From: Candidatus Undinarchaeota archaeon
GTDB taxonomy: Archaea > Undinarchaeota > Undinarchaeia > Undinarchaeales > UBA543
NCBI GenBank assembly: GCA_964636545.1
Contig: CAZWSR010000002.1
Location: 32,001 to 96,000 of the forward strand
Length of the DNA stretch: 64,000 nucleotides
Reading direction: 5' to 3'
Shown here: positions 49,754 to 58,350 of the stretch, one piece after another
How the letters are laid out: each line of letters opens with the position of its first letter
Numbering within the stretch: position 1 is the first letter of the stretch
The notes under the pieces: model-generated
What the model saw: the letters and a program-made list of their open reading frames with translations, nothing else
Told to the model about the DNA's origin: nothing
Database searches by the model: none
Program-made: the position numbers and the translations under genes

Positions 49754-50326
49754 ATGACTTCCTTGCTTGAAAAAGAATTAGAATTCATTAAAAGTATAGA
49801 TTGGTTACAATCAATTAAACTTCGTCCAAGTATTGAGGGAAAGGTTTGGAGGCATGCTGCCAAATTTTTTGACTTGCTGGAATTGAAGAAGCAATGGGGC
49901 CGCCCACTATTTTCAATAAATTTATATAGATTCACCTGGGAAGAGCTTAAGAAACCTGACGACGATCCAGCTTTCTTCAAAAGAGACATTGAGGGGATTA
50001 ATAATATTCGCAAGCGAACCGGCTTTAATGTTGCTGTTCCACAGAATAAGATGTATATTGTTAGGAAGGCTCAGCAGTCTGCTGCAAAGAAATTGTCTAA
50101 ATACAAACATATTCTTGGGAAAGAGTATAAATACCTATTAAAAACTGCTTTTTTTGATATTCATGGTGCGATTGCTTGCGCTTTTTACGAAATTCCTCAA
50201 TTAAAAAACCCATTCCACCAATTTCTATCTATTTGGAAATTCGGTTTTTATCCAGTTGGGCCAGTTTATCAGACAATTTCTCCTCGTAAATTAAATATGT
50301 TTTTTTATTTTGTTCCTAAAAAGTAA
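49754..50326 (+). CDS. hypothetical protein
   Basis: 190-aa ORF; NPF..FLSIWKFGFYPVG. Confidence 0.55.
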   Translation: MTSLLEKELEFIKSIDWLQSIKLRPSIEGKVWRHAAKFFDLLELKKQWGRPLFSINLYRFTWEELKKPDDDPAFFKRDIEGINNIRKRTGFNVAVPQNKMYIVRKAQQSAAKKLSKYKHILGKEYKYLLKTAFFDIHGAIACAFYEIPQLKNPFHQFLSIWKFGFYPVGPVYQTISPRKLNMFFYFVPKK

Positions 50327-50346
50327 TTTTTAATCAAAAATCACCC

Positions 50347-50365
50347 TGTCTATACACCTGTATAG
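50347..50365 (+). repeat. left 19-bp inverted repeat TGTCTATACACCTGTATAG, followed by GGTAGTG-type heptamers to 50400
   Basis: Exact reverse complement of 54009-54027. Confidence 0.9.
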
Positions 50366-50526
50366 GTGGTGGGTTGTGGGTAGTAGGTAGTGGGTAGTGG
50401 CAAGAATTAAAGAGTAGAGAATCACGCCTCAGCATACTGGTTTTTAATCGCGGTTATGTAATCTCTTATTTATTATCTATATGGTAAATAATTGTAATAC
50501 TTTTGAATTCTGCCTTATTTCCCACA

Positions 50527-50965
50527 CTCACAAATTTATACTTGATTCTAAACTCTAAATTCCAAACTCCAAACTCCATTCTACTTCTCACAAACTGGAT
50601 TTTTACGAACAAACTCAGACCCCTGTCCTTTTCATATCTCACAAATAACCCCGAAACAGCTATATAGCTCCAGGCTATACTGATATATCTCACAAAGCGC
50701 CGGTAGTTTAGCCTGGTATGACCCGAGCTTCCCAAGCTCGAAACTCGAGTTCAAATCTCGGCCGGCGCACTCTCACAATCCTTATTTCTTACCCTCATAG
50801 CACACCATATTGGTGTGAAAATAACTCTCACAAACGAACATTTCAGTTATTTTTCGGTATGGCGCATGCTATCGGTTTCTGAAAAACGTTGTTTTAATGT
50901 ATTAAACGTATCTGATCACAGCTAAAACCTATATCCTCAACAATATAAATTATAGGTCTCACAAC
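50527..50965 (+). repeat. CTCACAAA array (left arm)
   Basis: Exact copies at 50527, 50587, 50638, 50689, 50827; variants at 50772, 50958. Confidence 0.85.
50697..50769 (+). tRNA. tRNA-Gly(CCC)
   Basis: GCGCCGG/CCGGCGC acceptor, CGAGC-TTCCCAA-GCTCG, GTTCAAATC. Confidence 0.95.
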
Positions 50966-51426
50966 CAACTCCCCCAATACCTGACAAATGTCATGTTTAC
51001 CATAAAACACCACATTTTGCTCCAAAAACCACCCTTTTTCTCACTTTTCTTGTATTTTCCTCATTTTTCCTGTATTTTCCCCAAATCTCACTAAACTCCA
51101 CCACATTAGTGACAAACGTCACTCTTTAGGTATTTTTTTCTCCTACTGCCCAGTGCCCACTACCTACTGCCAACATTTCCTCTATTATCGCAACGTTTTC
51201 CTACAAAAACCAATAACAACAAAAATGTCAGGTCATCAAACCGCTAACAAGAAATATGTCATCTTACATATCTTACACATTTTAGTGACATATAGACCCT
51301 TTGCCCTACAAAAAAAACCGATAGCAAGAGAACAACACCGATAGCAGTAAACTGTCCGATATGTAAGCTTACATATCTTACACATTTTTCGAAAGGTTTA
51401 TAAAGGATAAACCACTACCCCTCGGT

Positions 51427-51975
51427 ATGAAACTATTCTCTTTTTTCAAGAAAAAAGCCAAAAATGTGTCCGATATGTCAGGTGAAGTGTCAGATGACAC
51501 ATCAGATATGTCAGATGACAAATCTTACACTTCAGAAGTGACAAATGCCACTGTTTCACGCGAAGATCCGCTTTTTTCCATTTCCAGACAATTAACTCAG
51601 GTTCAATACGAATTACGTGAAATTAAACCACTAATCGAGTCCAGTACTCAAAGTTTACGAGAAGATCACTATCGATTACTTGAAGAACAAGCAAAAAGTG
51701 TTGAAGAATACAAAAAACACCTCTCATACAAGCGCGAAAACCTGAAGCAAGCGAAGGATAAGGTCGAAAAAGAGCTCAAACATGTTGAAGTTGATGCCAA
51801 AATCTTAGATCATGTTTCAATTGCTCCAAAACGTACTATTGAAATTTCTGAAGATTTGAAAATTAGTCGTGGTTACGCTGCTGAACGAATAAAAGCTTTG
51901 CTTGAAGCAGGGCAAATTACTCGCTTCAAACAAGGTCGAAAAGCATATTATAGAATTCCAAAACCAGAAAATTAG
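51427..51975 (+). CDS. amphipathic-helix / coiled-coil / C-terminal winged-helix DNA-binding protein
   Basis: MKLFSFFKKK; heptads; EISEDLKISRGYAAERIKALLEAGQI...GRKAYY. Confidence 0.75.
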   Translation: MKLFSFFKKKAKNVSDMSGEVSDDTSDMSDDKSYTSEVTNATVSREDPLFSISRQLTQVQYELREIKPLIESSTQSLREDHYRLLEEQAKSVEEYKKHLSYKRENLKQAKDKVEKELKHVEVDAKILDHVSIAPKRTIEISEDLKISRGYAAERIKALLEAGQITRFKQGRKAYYRIPKPEN

Positions 51976-51983
51976 GTCGCTTA

Positions 51984-52091
51984 CTACTTCTTTTGTCTCT
52001 CTGCCTTAGCCTTTCTTTTACGTGTTCTTTTCTTCTTAGTTCGCCTACGCATACTACCCTTCTTCTTCATTTTGTTAGGTGCCATCTTCAT
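51984..52091 (-). CDS. rpl41e: ribosomal protein eL41 (eS32)-like small basic protein
   Basis: MAPNKMKKKGSMRRRTKKKRTRKRK resembles archaeal L41e; own TTTTATAAA box about 25 bp upstream. Confidence 0.55.
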   Translation of the reverse strand: MKMAPNKMKKKGSMRRRTKKKRTRKRKAKAERQKK

Positions 52092-52186
52092 AGTGGCTTC
52101 TTGTTGAGACAACTGGTTTATAAAACTTCCTATATTCTTTAGTACAATAAATTTAATTCTCACAAACTCCGCCTTGCCGCGGACAA

Positions 52187-52277
52187 TGTGCAGGCATTGA
52201 AGTTGGTTACTGCACAAGTCTCAAACCTTCGGTTTGAGAGGATGGCATGAGGGCATTCACGCTTCGCGTGAAGCCCT
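52187..52277. repeat. cluster of three hairpins, two with C-GAA-G triloops on the minus strand (REP-like or terminator)
   Basis: TGTGCAG/CTGCACA; CTCAAACC-TTC-GGTTTGAG; GGGCATTCACGC-TTC-GCGTGAAGCCC. Confidence 0.6.
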
Positions 52278-52300
52278 GTCTTGAAATTGGTTCGTTCTAC

Positions 52301-52894
52301 TTAGTCGCTTCCTCTCGCTTTTGCAGTCTGAACCAATGAATTATACTCATTAGCAATATGCTCCCAAAACTTACTAAACTGCGTACTTGGTCTCACAATT
52401 TTCTTGTAATATTTCTGTTTTGAATGTTCATGATGGAATTCTTCACGCTCTAATCTTACCATCCCAACTCTCCTCAATCTGGGCAAGATCACGTTGTAAA
52501 ACGTAGCTTTTGAGAACCCTTTCTCTCGAATAAACGCCCCAATCTCGTCTCCTTTCAATACCTGTCTCTCAAATAACCTATTCATAAACTCTAGGGCTGT
52601 CAAGTGGTACTTTTGCTGATATTTTGGAGGAAAAACCAGCTCTAGTATCTGGTTTAGCTCAACCCTCACATTCTTATGATATGCCCAATCTGACCTCAAT
52701 CTTTTAACATCATCAAACCACATTGACTCTTTGCTTGGCACACCTCGACTTGCAGGTCCCCTCGCTGAAAAAGTTGGTTTTTTGCCTTCATCTCTCTCCA
52801 CAACTTGCACAACCTCGGATGCATATTCAATATCATTATGGTGTTTTTGGTCCATAGTCGCCGGTATGCTATCTTGGTATTTAAAACTTACCAT
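52301..52894 (-). CDS. winged-helix-like DNA-binding protein
   Basis: EIGAFIREKGFSKATFYNVILPRLRRVGMV HTH/wing pattern. Confidence 0.65.
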   Translation of the reverse strand: MVSFKYQDSIPATMDQKHHNDIEYASEVVQVVERDEGKKPTFSARGPASRGVPSKESMWFDDVKRLRSDWAYHKNVRVELNQILELVFPPKYQQKYHLTALEFMNRLFERQVLKGDEIGAFIREKGFSKATFYNVILPRLRRVGMVRLEREEFHHEHSKQKYYKKIVRPSTQFSKFWEHIANEYNSLVQTAKARGSD

Positions 52895-53119
52895 TATGGT
52901 AAACTCTGGGCCAAGTAAGAAATTAAAAAATCGTCTTCCGGTCTAGTGTAATGGTGTGATATCACTTTTTTGGTTGACAGGGGCTAGGGTATGCGATTAA
53001 ACAAGTATTTTTTATGAAAACTTAGCAAAAAACCTGATCCCAGTTTATCATAATGGTGTTATTCCACTATTTCCTAAAATCAAATTTCTACAACTTCAAA
53101 ATAACACCACAATGGTGTT

Positions 53120-53431
53120 TTACTCACTTTCTGGAATATTTTCTTCAGTTCTTTGCGCTAAACTCTTGAAAAGCAAATTTTCAAAGTCATTTGCCAGTGC
53201 ATTTCCAGCTTCAGTCAAACTTATGTATTTTACACGGCCATCCCTGTTAAATTCAACAAGTTTGTGATCTTGCATCTTTTGTAGCAATTTTACAGTGTGT
53301 GCGTACGTACAATCTATTCTTTTTGCTAAATTTGATGCATATGCCTCTGGATGTGCCTGTTTGATGTGTACAAGCAGTCTAGCTGGCTTTTTTCTAAGAA
53401 ACATCTCTTCTAATTCAATATTTGTTTTCAT
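53120..53431 (-). CDS. MarR-type winged-helix transcriptional regulator
   Basis: YASNLAKRIDCTYAHTVKLL...DGRVKYISLTEAG; ATG 53431 with GGGGT SD. Confidence 0.85.
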   Translation of the reverse strand: MKTNIELEEMFLRKKPARLLVHIKQAHPEAYASNLAKRIDCTYAHTVKLLQKMQDHKLVEFNRDGRVKYISLTEAGNALANDFENLLFKSLAQRTEENIPESE

Positions 53432-53615
53432 AATTTTACCCCCTGATGAACAACATCTCAAAAGTGAGAGTTGTCTTTTCTATCTTCCAACACAAGTTTT
53501 GGAATTATAAGTATTGTAATGTATCTTTAGTATTTATTCTTTTTCCAGTGACAATTGTCAGCAAATATCAAAACCGATAGCAAGCGAACCGTTCAATTTA
53601 TTACCCAAAATCTCG

Positions 53616-53868
53616 TTTGTGAGAGTTAGCTCATGTGTTAAAGTGTTTTTGAAAAATGTGAGACCGAAAAAATAGGTCTAACATTTTTGTGAGGGGCATC
53701 GGAGCATCGTAAATTCGTAGAGCCGGGGCGCCGGGGCGACGTAAAGTGGTTTTGTGAGTGAAAAACCAATTTGTGAGAGTTTGTGCAGAACCAAAATACA
53801 ACAAATCAAAAAGTTAGATCAAAAACATGCATTTGTAAGTGCTAAAAACTCTAAAATATTTTTGTGAG
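53616..53868 (-). repeat. TTTGTGAG array (right arm, inverted relative to left arm)
   Basis: Exact copies at 53616, 53686, 53751, 53770, 53861; variants at 53656, 53780, 53832. Confidence 0.85.
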
Positions 53869-54008
53869 GATTAGAAAATGGTTGGTGGTTGGTAGTTTGT
53901 GGTTGGTTGATGAACTAAAAAATACACAAACTAAAACCCAAAAACCAATATGTTGCGCACCAGTTTAGTTTTTCATTCTACCCACCACCCACAACCAACT
54001 ACCTACTA

Positions 54009-54027
54009 CTATACAGGTGTATAGACA
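54009..54027 (-). repeat. right 19-bp inverted repeat, preceded by CTACCCA-type heptamers from 53978
   Basis: CTATACAGGTGTATAGACA. Confidence 0.9.
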
Positions 54028-54121
54028 CCATTTATTTTCAAGCCATTTTTCATAATAACTAAAAACCGCCATCTAGCACCTAACCAATAACCTTAAAAGC
54101 CACCAGCCATTATTACAAATC

Positions 54122-54745
54122 ATGCCTAATCCACAGCTATTAGCTTACGTGCGCCAGAACCTCCAACTCAACTATTCTGAAGAACAAATACGCAATGCCC
54201 TAATCACTGCTGGCTACAATATGCGCGATATTGATGATGCACTTGATTCTGTTCTGCATCCCCAAGATCTTGCTCAAGTTCAACAAGCTCAACCACAAAA
54301 ACCAGAAGCAGTCGCCCAACAAAACTTTCTCCACAAAATCCCAACCTGGATGATTGGCGCCGCTGTTGGCGGAATTTTCCTACTTGTTGTAATCATAATT
54401 CTTCTCATTCCAAGCGGAGATGCTCCCTCTGGTCTTCTTTCAGAAAATGGAATCAAAGTTTCCGCATACGACTTTGCTTGCGCAGGTCCTGGATCAACAT
54501 TGACAATCACAATCAACAACGATGGCTTTGAAACCTTGTCAGATATTCAGCTTTTCGTGGATGACGCCTTTCAACAAGACCAACTCGTTCCATCACTAGA
54601 ACCAGATGCCTCCGGCACATATTCGTACTCAGGCATCGATTGCACAGAATGGGTACAAGGGAAAACCATAAAAATCGTTTCTGACAAGGCAGTAGTAGAA
54701 GGACCAATCGATTTCAAGTGCACTTCAGGTGCATGCTCAGGCTAG
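54122..54745 (+). CDS. single-pass membrane protein with N-terminal helical domain and Ig-like ectodomain
   Basis: LLAYVRQNL..YSEEQIRNAL..AGY; TM helix; ITINNDG. Confidence 0.65.
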   Translation: MPNPQLLAYVRQNLQLNYSEEQIRNALITAGYNMRDIDDALDSVLHPQDLAQVQQAQPQKPEAVAQQNFLHKIPTWMIGAAVGGIFLLVVIIILLIPSGDAPSGLLSENGIKVSAYDFACAGPGSTLTITINNDGFETLSDIQLFVDDAFQQDQLVPSLEPDASGTYSYSGIDCTEWVQGKTIKIVSDKAVVEGPIDFKCTSGACSG

Positions 54746-54806
54746 GTGTCAGGTATCAGCTGTCAGCCATCAGGTCAAGAGACCTGACTGCTGAGGGCTC
54801 ACACCT
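54744..54806. repeat. heptamer-periodic hairpin (TGTCAG type)
   Basis: GGTGTCA GGTATCA GCTGTCA GCCATCA GGTC-aaga-GACC TGACTGC TGAGGGC TCACACC. Confidence 0.7.
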
Positions 54807-54827
54807 TAACCCATAGGAAAAACTCAA

Positions 54828-55874
54828 ATGGATCAATTACTAAAAAAACTTTCAGAAGCACCAAGCATCTCCGGCTATGAGGAGAATGTTGGCAAACTCA
54901 TCAAAGCCGAGCTCAAGGGCAAGGTTGATGAGATCCGAGAGGACTCTTTCGGAAACATCATAGCATGCAAAGGCAAGGGCAAAACCAGGGTCATGCTCGC
55001 TGCTCACATGGACGAAGTTGGATTGATGGTAAAACACATTGATGACAACGGCTTCATAAAATTCACCCGCATTGGCGGACTGGACAATCAAGTAATTCTC
55101 TGTCAGCGCGTTCAAGTTCACACTCGCAAAGGAGTTCTTCCTGGTGTTCTTGGTGCAAAACCTGTTCACATGATGAAGGAAGAAGAATCAAAAATGGCAA
55201 TCAAGTCAGAAGCTATGTTTATTGACGTAGGTTTCAAAGATAAGAAAGCTGTTGAATCTGCTGGCGTCAGAATCGGCGACTGGATTAGTTTTGAGCGAGA
55301 AACAACAAAACTTGGAACCAGAATCACTGGAAAAGCATTTGATAACCGAGTTGGTTGTGCAGTTCTTATTGAATTAATGAAAAAAATAAACCCAAATTGC
55401 GAAGTTTATGGTGTATTCACCACTCAAGAAGAAGTTGGATTAAAAGGGGCGCGTGTTTCCGCTTTTGGTATTGACCCACACTTTGCTTTAGCAATTGACA
55501 CAGACCTAGTTGGCGACACACCTGGCCTAACTGCAGATGAGTGCACTGCCAGCTTAGGCAAAGGTCCAGTAATCACAATCTCAGACGGCGGCAGAGGAGA
55601 TTCTTCTGGAAGTGGTTTAATGACAAGTAGAAAAATCATTGACTGGCTTGAAGATTCTGCAAAAAAAGCAAAAATCAAATACCAAATGCTCGTTTCATCT
55701 GGCGGAACAACTGATGCAACAATAATTGCACTAAATCGCTCAGGCGTCCCAACTGGAACTCTTGGAATCCCAACTCGATACTTGCACACCCCAGTCCAAG
55801 TTCTTGATATGGAAGACGCCAGAGACATGATAAAATTAGTTGAAAGTGCATTGAATAATTTACCAAATCTTTAA
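54828..55874 (+). CDS. M42 family (TET) aminopeptidase
   Basis: AAHMDEVG, KAFDNR, QEEVGL, GGTTDA, RYLHTP. Confidence 0.93.
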   Translation: MDQLLKKLSEAPSISGYEENVGKLIKAELKGKVDEIREDSFGNIIACKGKGKTRVMLAAHMDEVGLMVKHIDDNGFIKFTRIGGLDNQVILCQRVQVHTRKGVLPGVLGAKPVHMMKEEESKMAIKSEAMFIDVGFKDKKAVESAGVRIGDWISFERETTKLGTRITGKAFDNRVGCAVLIELMKKINPNCEVYGVFTTQEEVGLKGARVSAFGIDPHFALAIDTDLVGDTPGLTADECTASLGKGPVITISDGGRGDSSGSGLMTSRKIIDWLEDSAKKAKIKYQMLVSSGGTTDATIIALNRSGVPTGTLGIPTRYLHTPVQVLDMEDARDMIKLVESALNNLPNL

Positions 55875-56102
55875 ATGGACAAAACAAAATACGCTGCATA
55901 TCTTGGAATTCTTTTGATAGCACTAATCCTCTTGGCAGCGGTTTTCGTGTATTTCGGAACTCCACCAGAAGAACGCTCTGACTTTTTTGAACCACAAGGA
56001 GTCTGCATTTGCATTAACCCCGATACAAACATTGCAGTTAATAATTGCGAATGTCAAATATTACAAGAAGGCGCTTCTTTTGAAGTAAATATTGAAACCT
56101 AA
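55875..56102 (+). CDS. small membrane-anchored protein
   Basis: N-terminal TM helix, two CxC motifs. Confidence 0.5.
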   Translation: MDKTKYAAYLGILLIALILLAAVFVYFGTPPEERSDFFEPQGVCICINPDTNIAVNNCECQILQEGASFEVNIET

Positions 56103-56141
56103 AGTTTAAAAACACCCCAACCCAATTCCAGCTGAGGGAAA

Positions 56142-57422
56142 ATGATTGACATAAAATTACTCAGAGACAATCCTGAAATTATCAAGGACTCCCAGCGGAA
56201 GCGCGGTGCTGACTTGAAAGTAATAGACCACGCCATTGACCTTGACAAAAAATGGCGCGATGAAGCAAAACAACTTGATGAACTCAAACACGACCGAAAT
56301 CAATGCAATGAAGAAATCGCTCGATTAAAAAAATCACAAAAAGACGCATCTGCAAAAATAAAAAGCATGCAGAAACTCGGCAAGAAAATAGCAAATCTAG
56401 AACAAGAAACTGAAAATACTCTAAATGTTCGAAACGACATACTTTCTAGAATCCCAAACATTCTTCACGACTCAGTTCCACCTGGAGAAACTGAGCAAGA
56501 TTCTGTTCCAATTAGCCACTGGGGTAAAAAACCAACGTTCAAATTCAAACCAATTTCACACGTCGACATTGGAGCAGCATGCGGTATTTTCGACATAGAA
56601 CGCGCTGCAAAAACTTCAGGTGCTCGCTTCTACTTTATGAAAAACGAAGGAGTCCTTCTTGAACTTGCATTAATCAACTACACAATGGACTACCTGAACA
56701 AAGCTGGCTTCACTTTAACAATTCCGCCAAATCTTGTCCGAGAACGAGCAATGTTCGGCGCTGGAATGCTCCCACTTTACAAAGATGAAATTTACAAAAT
56801 CGAAAACGAGGAACTTTACCTTATTCTAACCAGCGAACACGCACTCGCAGGTATGCACATGGATGAAGTTCTTGAAAAAGAGCAACTTCCACTCCGCTAC
56901 TGCGGACTTTCGCCTTGCTACCGCACAGAAGCAGGAGCACACGGCCGAGATCAGAAAGGAATTTTCCGAGTTCACCAATTTGAAAAAGTTGAAATGTTCA
57001 CATTCACAACACCAGAACAGTCGTGGGACGAGCACGACATACTTCTCAAACACGCTGAAAAACTTGTTCAAAGTTTGAAAATCCCATACCGCGTAACAAA
57101 TATTTGCACAGCAGACATGGGTAGCACCGCTTCCAAAAAATACGACATTGAAGCCTGGTTCCCTGGACAGGACGCATACCGCGAACTTATCAGCTGTTCA
57201 AACTGCACAGATTATCAAGCTCGTCGTCTTAATATCCGCTACCGCGATCCAAACACTGAAAAACCAACCAATGTCCACACTCTAAATTCAACTGCAATGC
57301 CAATTAGCCGTGCAATGGTTGCAATAATGGAGAATTACCAAAAATCAGATGGTTCATTCAAAATCCCTAAAGTTCTTCAACAATACATGGGTGGGCTTAA
57401 GGAGATAGCAGTCAAAAAATAA
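56142..57422 (+). CDS. serS: seryl-tRNA synthetase (bacterial/standard type)
   Basis: TSEH, CYRTEAG, FRVHQFEKVE, ELISCSNCTDYQARR, HTLNST. Confidence 0.97.
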   Translation: MIDIKLLRDNPEIIKDSQRKRGADLKVIDHAIDLDKKWRDEAKQLDELKHDRNQCNEEIARLKKSQKDASAKIKSMQKLGKKIANLEQETENTLNVRNDILSRIPNILHDSVPPGETEQDSVPISHWGKKPTFKFKPISHVDIGAACGIFDIERAAKTSGARFYFMKNEGVLLELALINYTMDYLNKAGFTLTIPPNLVRERAMFGAGMLPLYKDEIYKIENEELYLILTSEHALAGMHMDEVLEKEQLPLRYCGLSPCYRTEAGAHGRDQKGIFRVHQFEKVEMFTFTTPEQSWDEHDILLKHAEKLVQSLKIPYRVTNICTADMGSTASKKYDIEAWFPGQDAYRELISCSNCTDYQARRLNIRYRDPNTEKPTNVHTLNSTAMPISRAMVAIMENYQKSDGSFKIPKVLQQYMGGLKEIAVKK

Positions 57423-57423
57423 A

Positions 57424-58302
57424 ATGGATCTTTCTCGTTTAACTGCTCCAATCATAATCACAGGAATTCTATGTGGTCTCTTCTTTCCGATTTTCAAAAT
57501 ATTTTCACCAATAATAACTGTCCTTCTTGGCATTGTCATTTTCTCAGTCTGCCTGAACATCAGTGTGGACAGCATTGCTGAATCTCTTAAAAAACCCAAA
57601 CAGCACGGGATAATGCTTCTAGTCTTATTCGTGCTTCAGCCGCTTGCAACTTGGCTAATAGCTCGCCAATTTGTTCAAAACCCACTCATTCTCGCAGGTA
57701 TAGTTCTTGTCAGCGCAGGTCCGACCCCCACTGGCCTTGGTTTTTGGATCCATTCAATAAAAGGAAACGTCTCACTCTCACTTACTTTCACTGCTATCTC
57801 TCATCTTCTTACTCCACTCATAATTCCTGCTATTGCGTACTCGTTACTTGGCTCATATGTAACTGTCCCAGTTCTTGGAATGGCCCGCACTTTAGCACTA
57901 ACAATCCTCATCCCAATGGTGCTCGCCCTTTTCCTGCAGCGATTCCATGACATTAAAAAATACACCAGTATAATCGCGCTCCCTGCATATTTCCTCTTAA
58001 TCGCAACAATGATTTCCCTCAATGCAGAAACTCTATTCGCTGGCACAGACCTTCTCATCATAACGATTTTCATTATCTTCCAATCAATCTTCAGCTTTGG
58101 TTCAGCGTACTTGCTTTCTCCTGGCTGGCCAAAAAGAGACAGAGAAGTTTTACTTATTGGAGCATTCACTAGAAACAACGCAATCATCATGGCAGTTGCA
58201 ATTGCTGGTTTCGGGGCACTTGCAGCACTTCCTGGAGTTGTTGCAATAATAATCCAGCTCATGCTTGTTGCAATTTACCTCCACTTTAAAAAACCAGAGT
58301 GA
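57424..58302 (+). CDS. bile acid:sodium symporter family transporter
   Basis: GNVSLS, LTP..IP, RNNAI; multi-TM. Confidence 0.8.
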   Translation: MDLSRLTAPIIITGILCGLFFPIFKIFSPIITVLLGIVIFSVCLNISVDSIAESLKKPKQHGIMLLVLFVLQPLATWLIARQFVQNPLILAGIVLVSAGPTPTGLGFWIHSIKGNVSLSLTFTAISHLLTPLIIPAIAYSLLGSYVTVPVLGMARTLALTILIPMVLALFLQRFHDIKKYTSIIALPAYFLLIATMISLNAETLFAGTDLLIITIFIIFQSIFSFGSAYLLSPGWPKRDREVLLIGAFTRNNAIIMAVAIAGFGALAALPGVVAIIIQLMLVAIYLHFKKPE

Positions 58303-58350
58303 ACCAGTTTTTCCAAAACCTAATAAACCCCTAAACCTGTCCTTTTCTTC

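Noticed and set aside
50527-50965. CRISPR array (repeats at 51-60-bp spacing)
   Set aside because: Repeat is only 8-9 bp, spacing is irregular, a tRNA is embedded, and no cas genes are present.
50347-54027. Integrated element or transposon at tRNA-Gly
   Set aside because: No integrase/transposase, no duplicated tRNA 3' end, no evident target-site duplication outside the inverted repeats; contains housekeeping-type tRNA and eL41-like genes.
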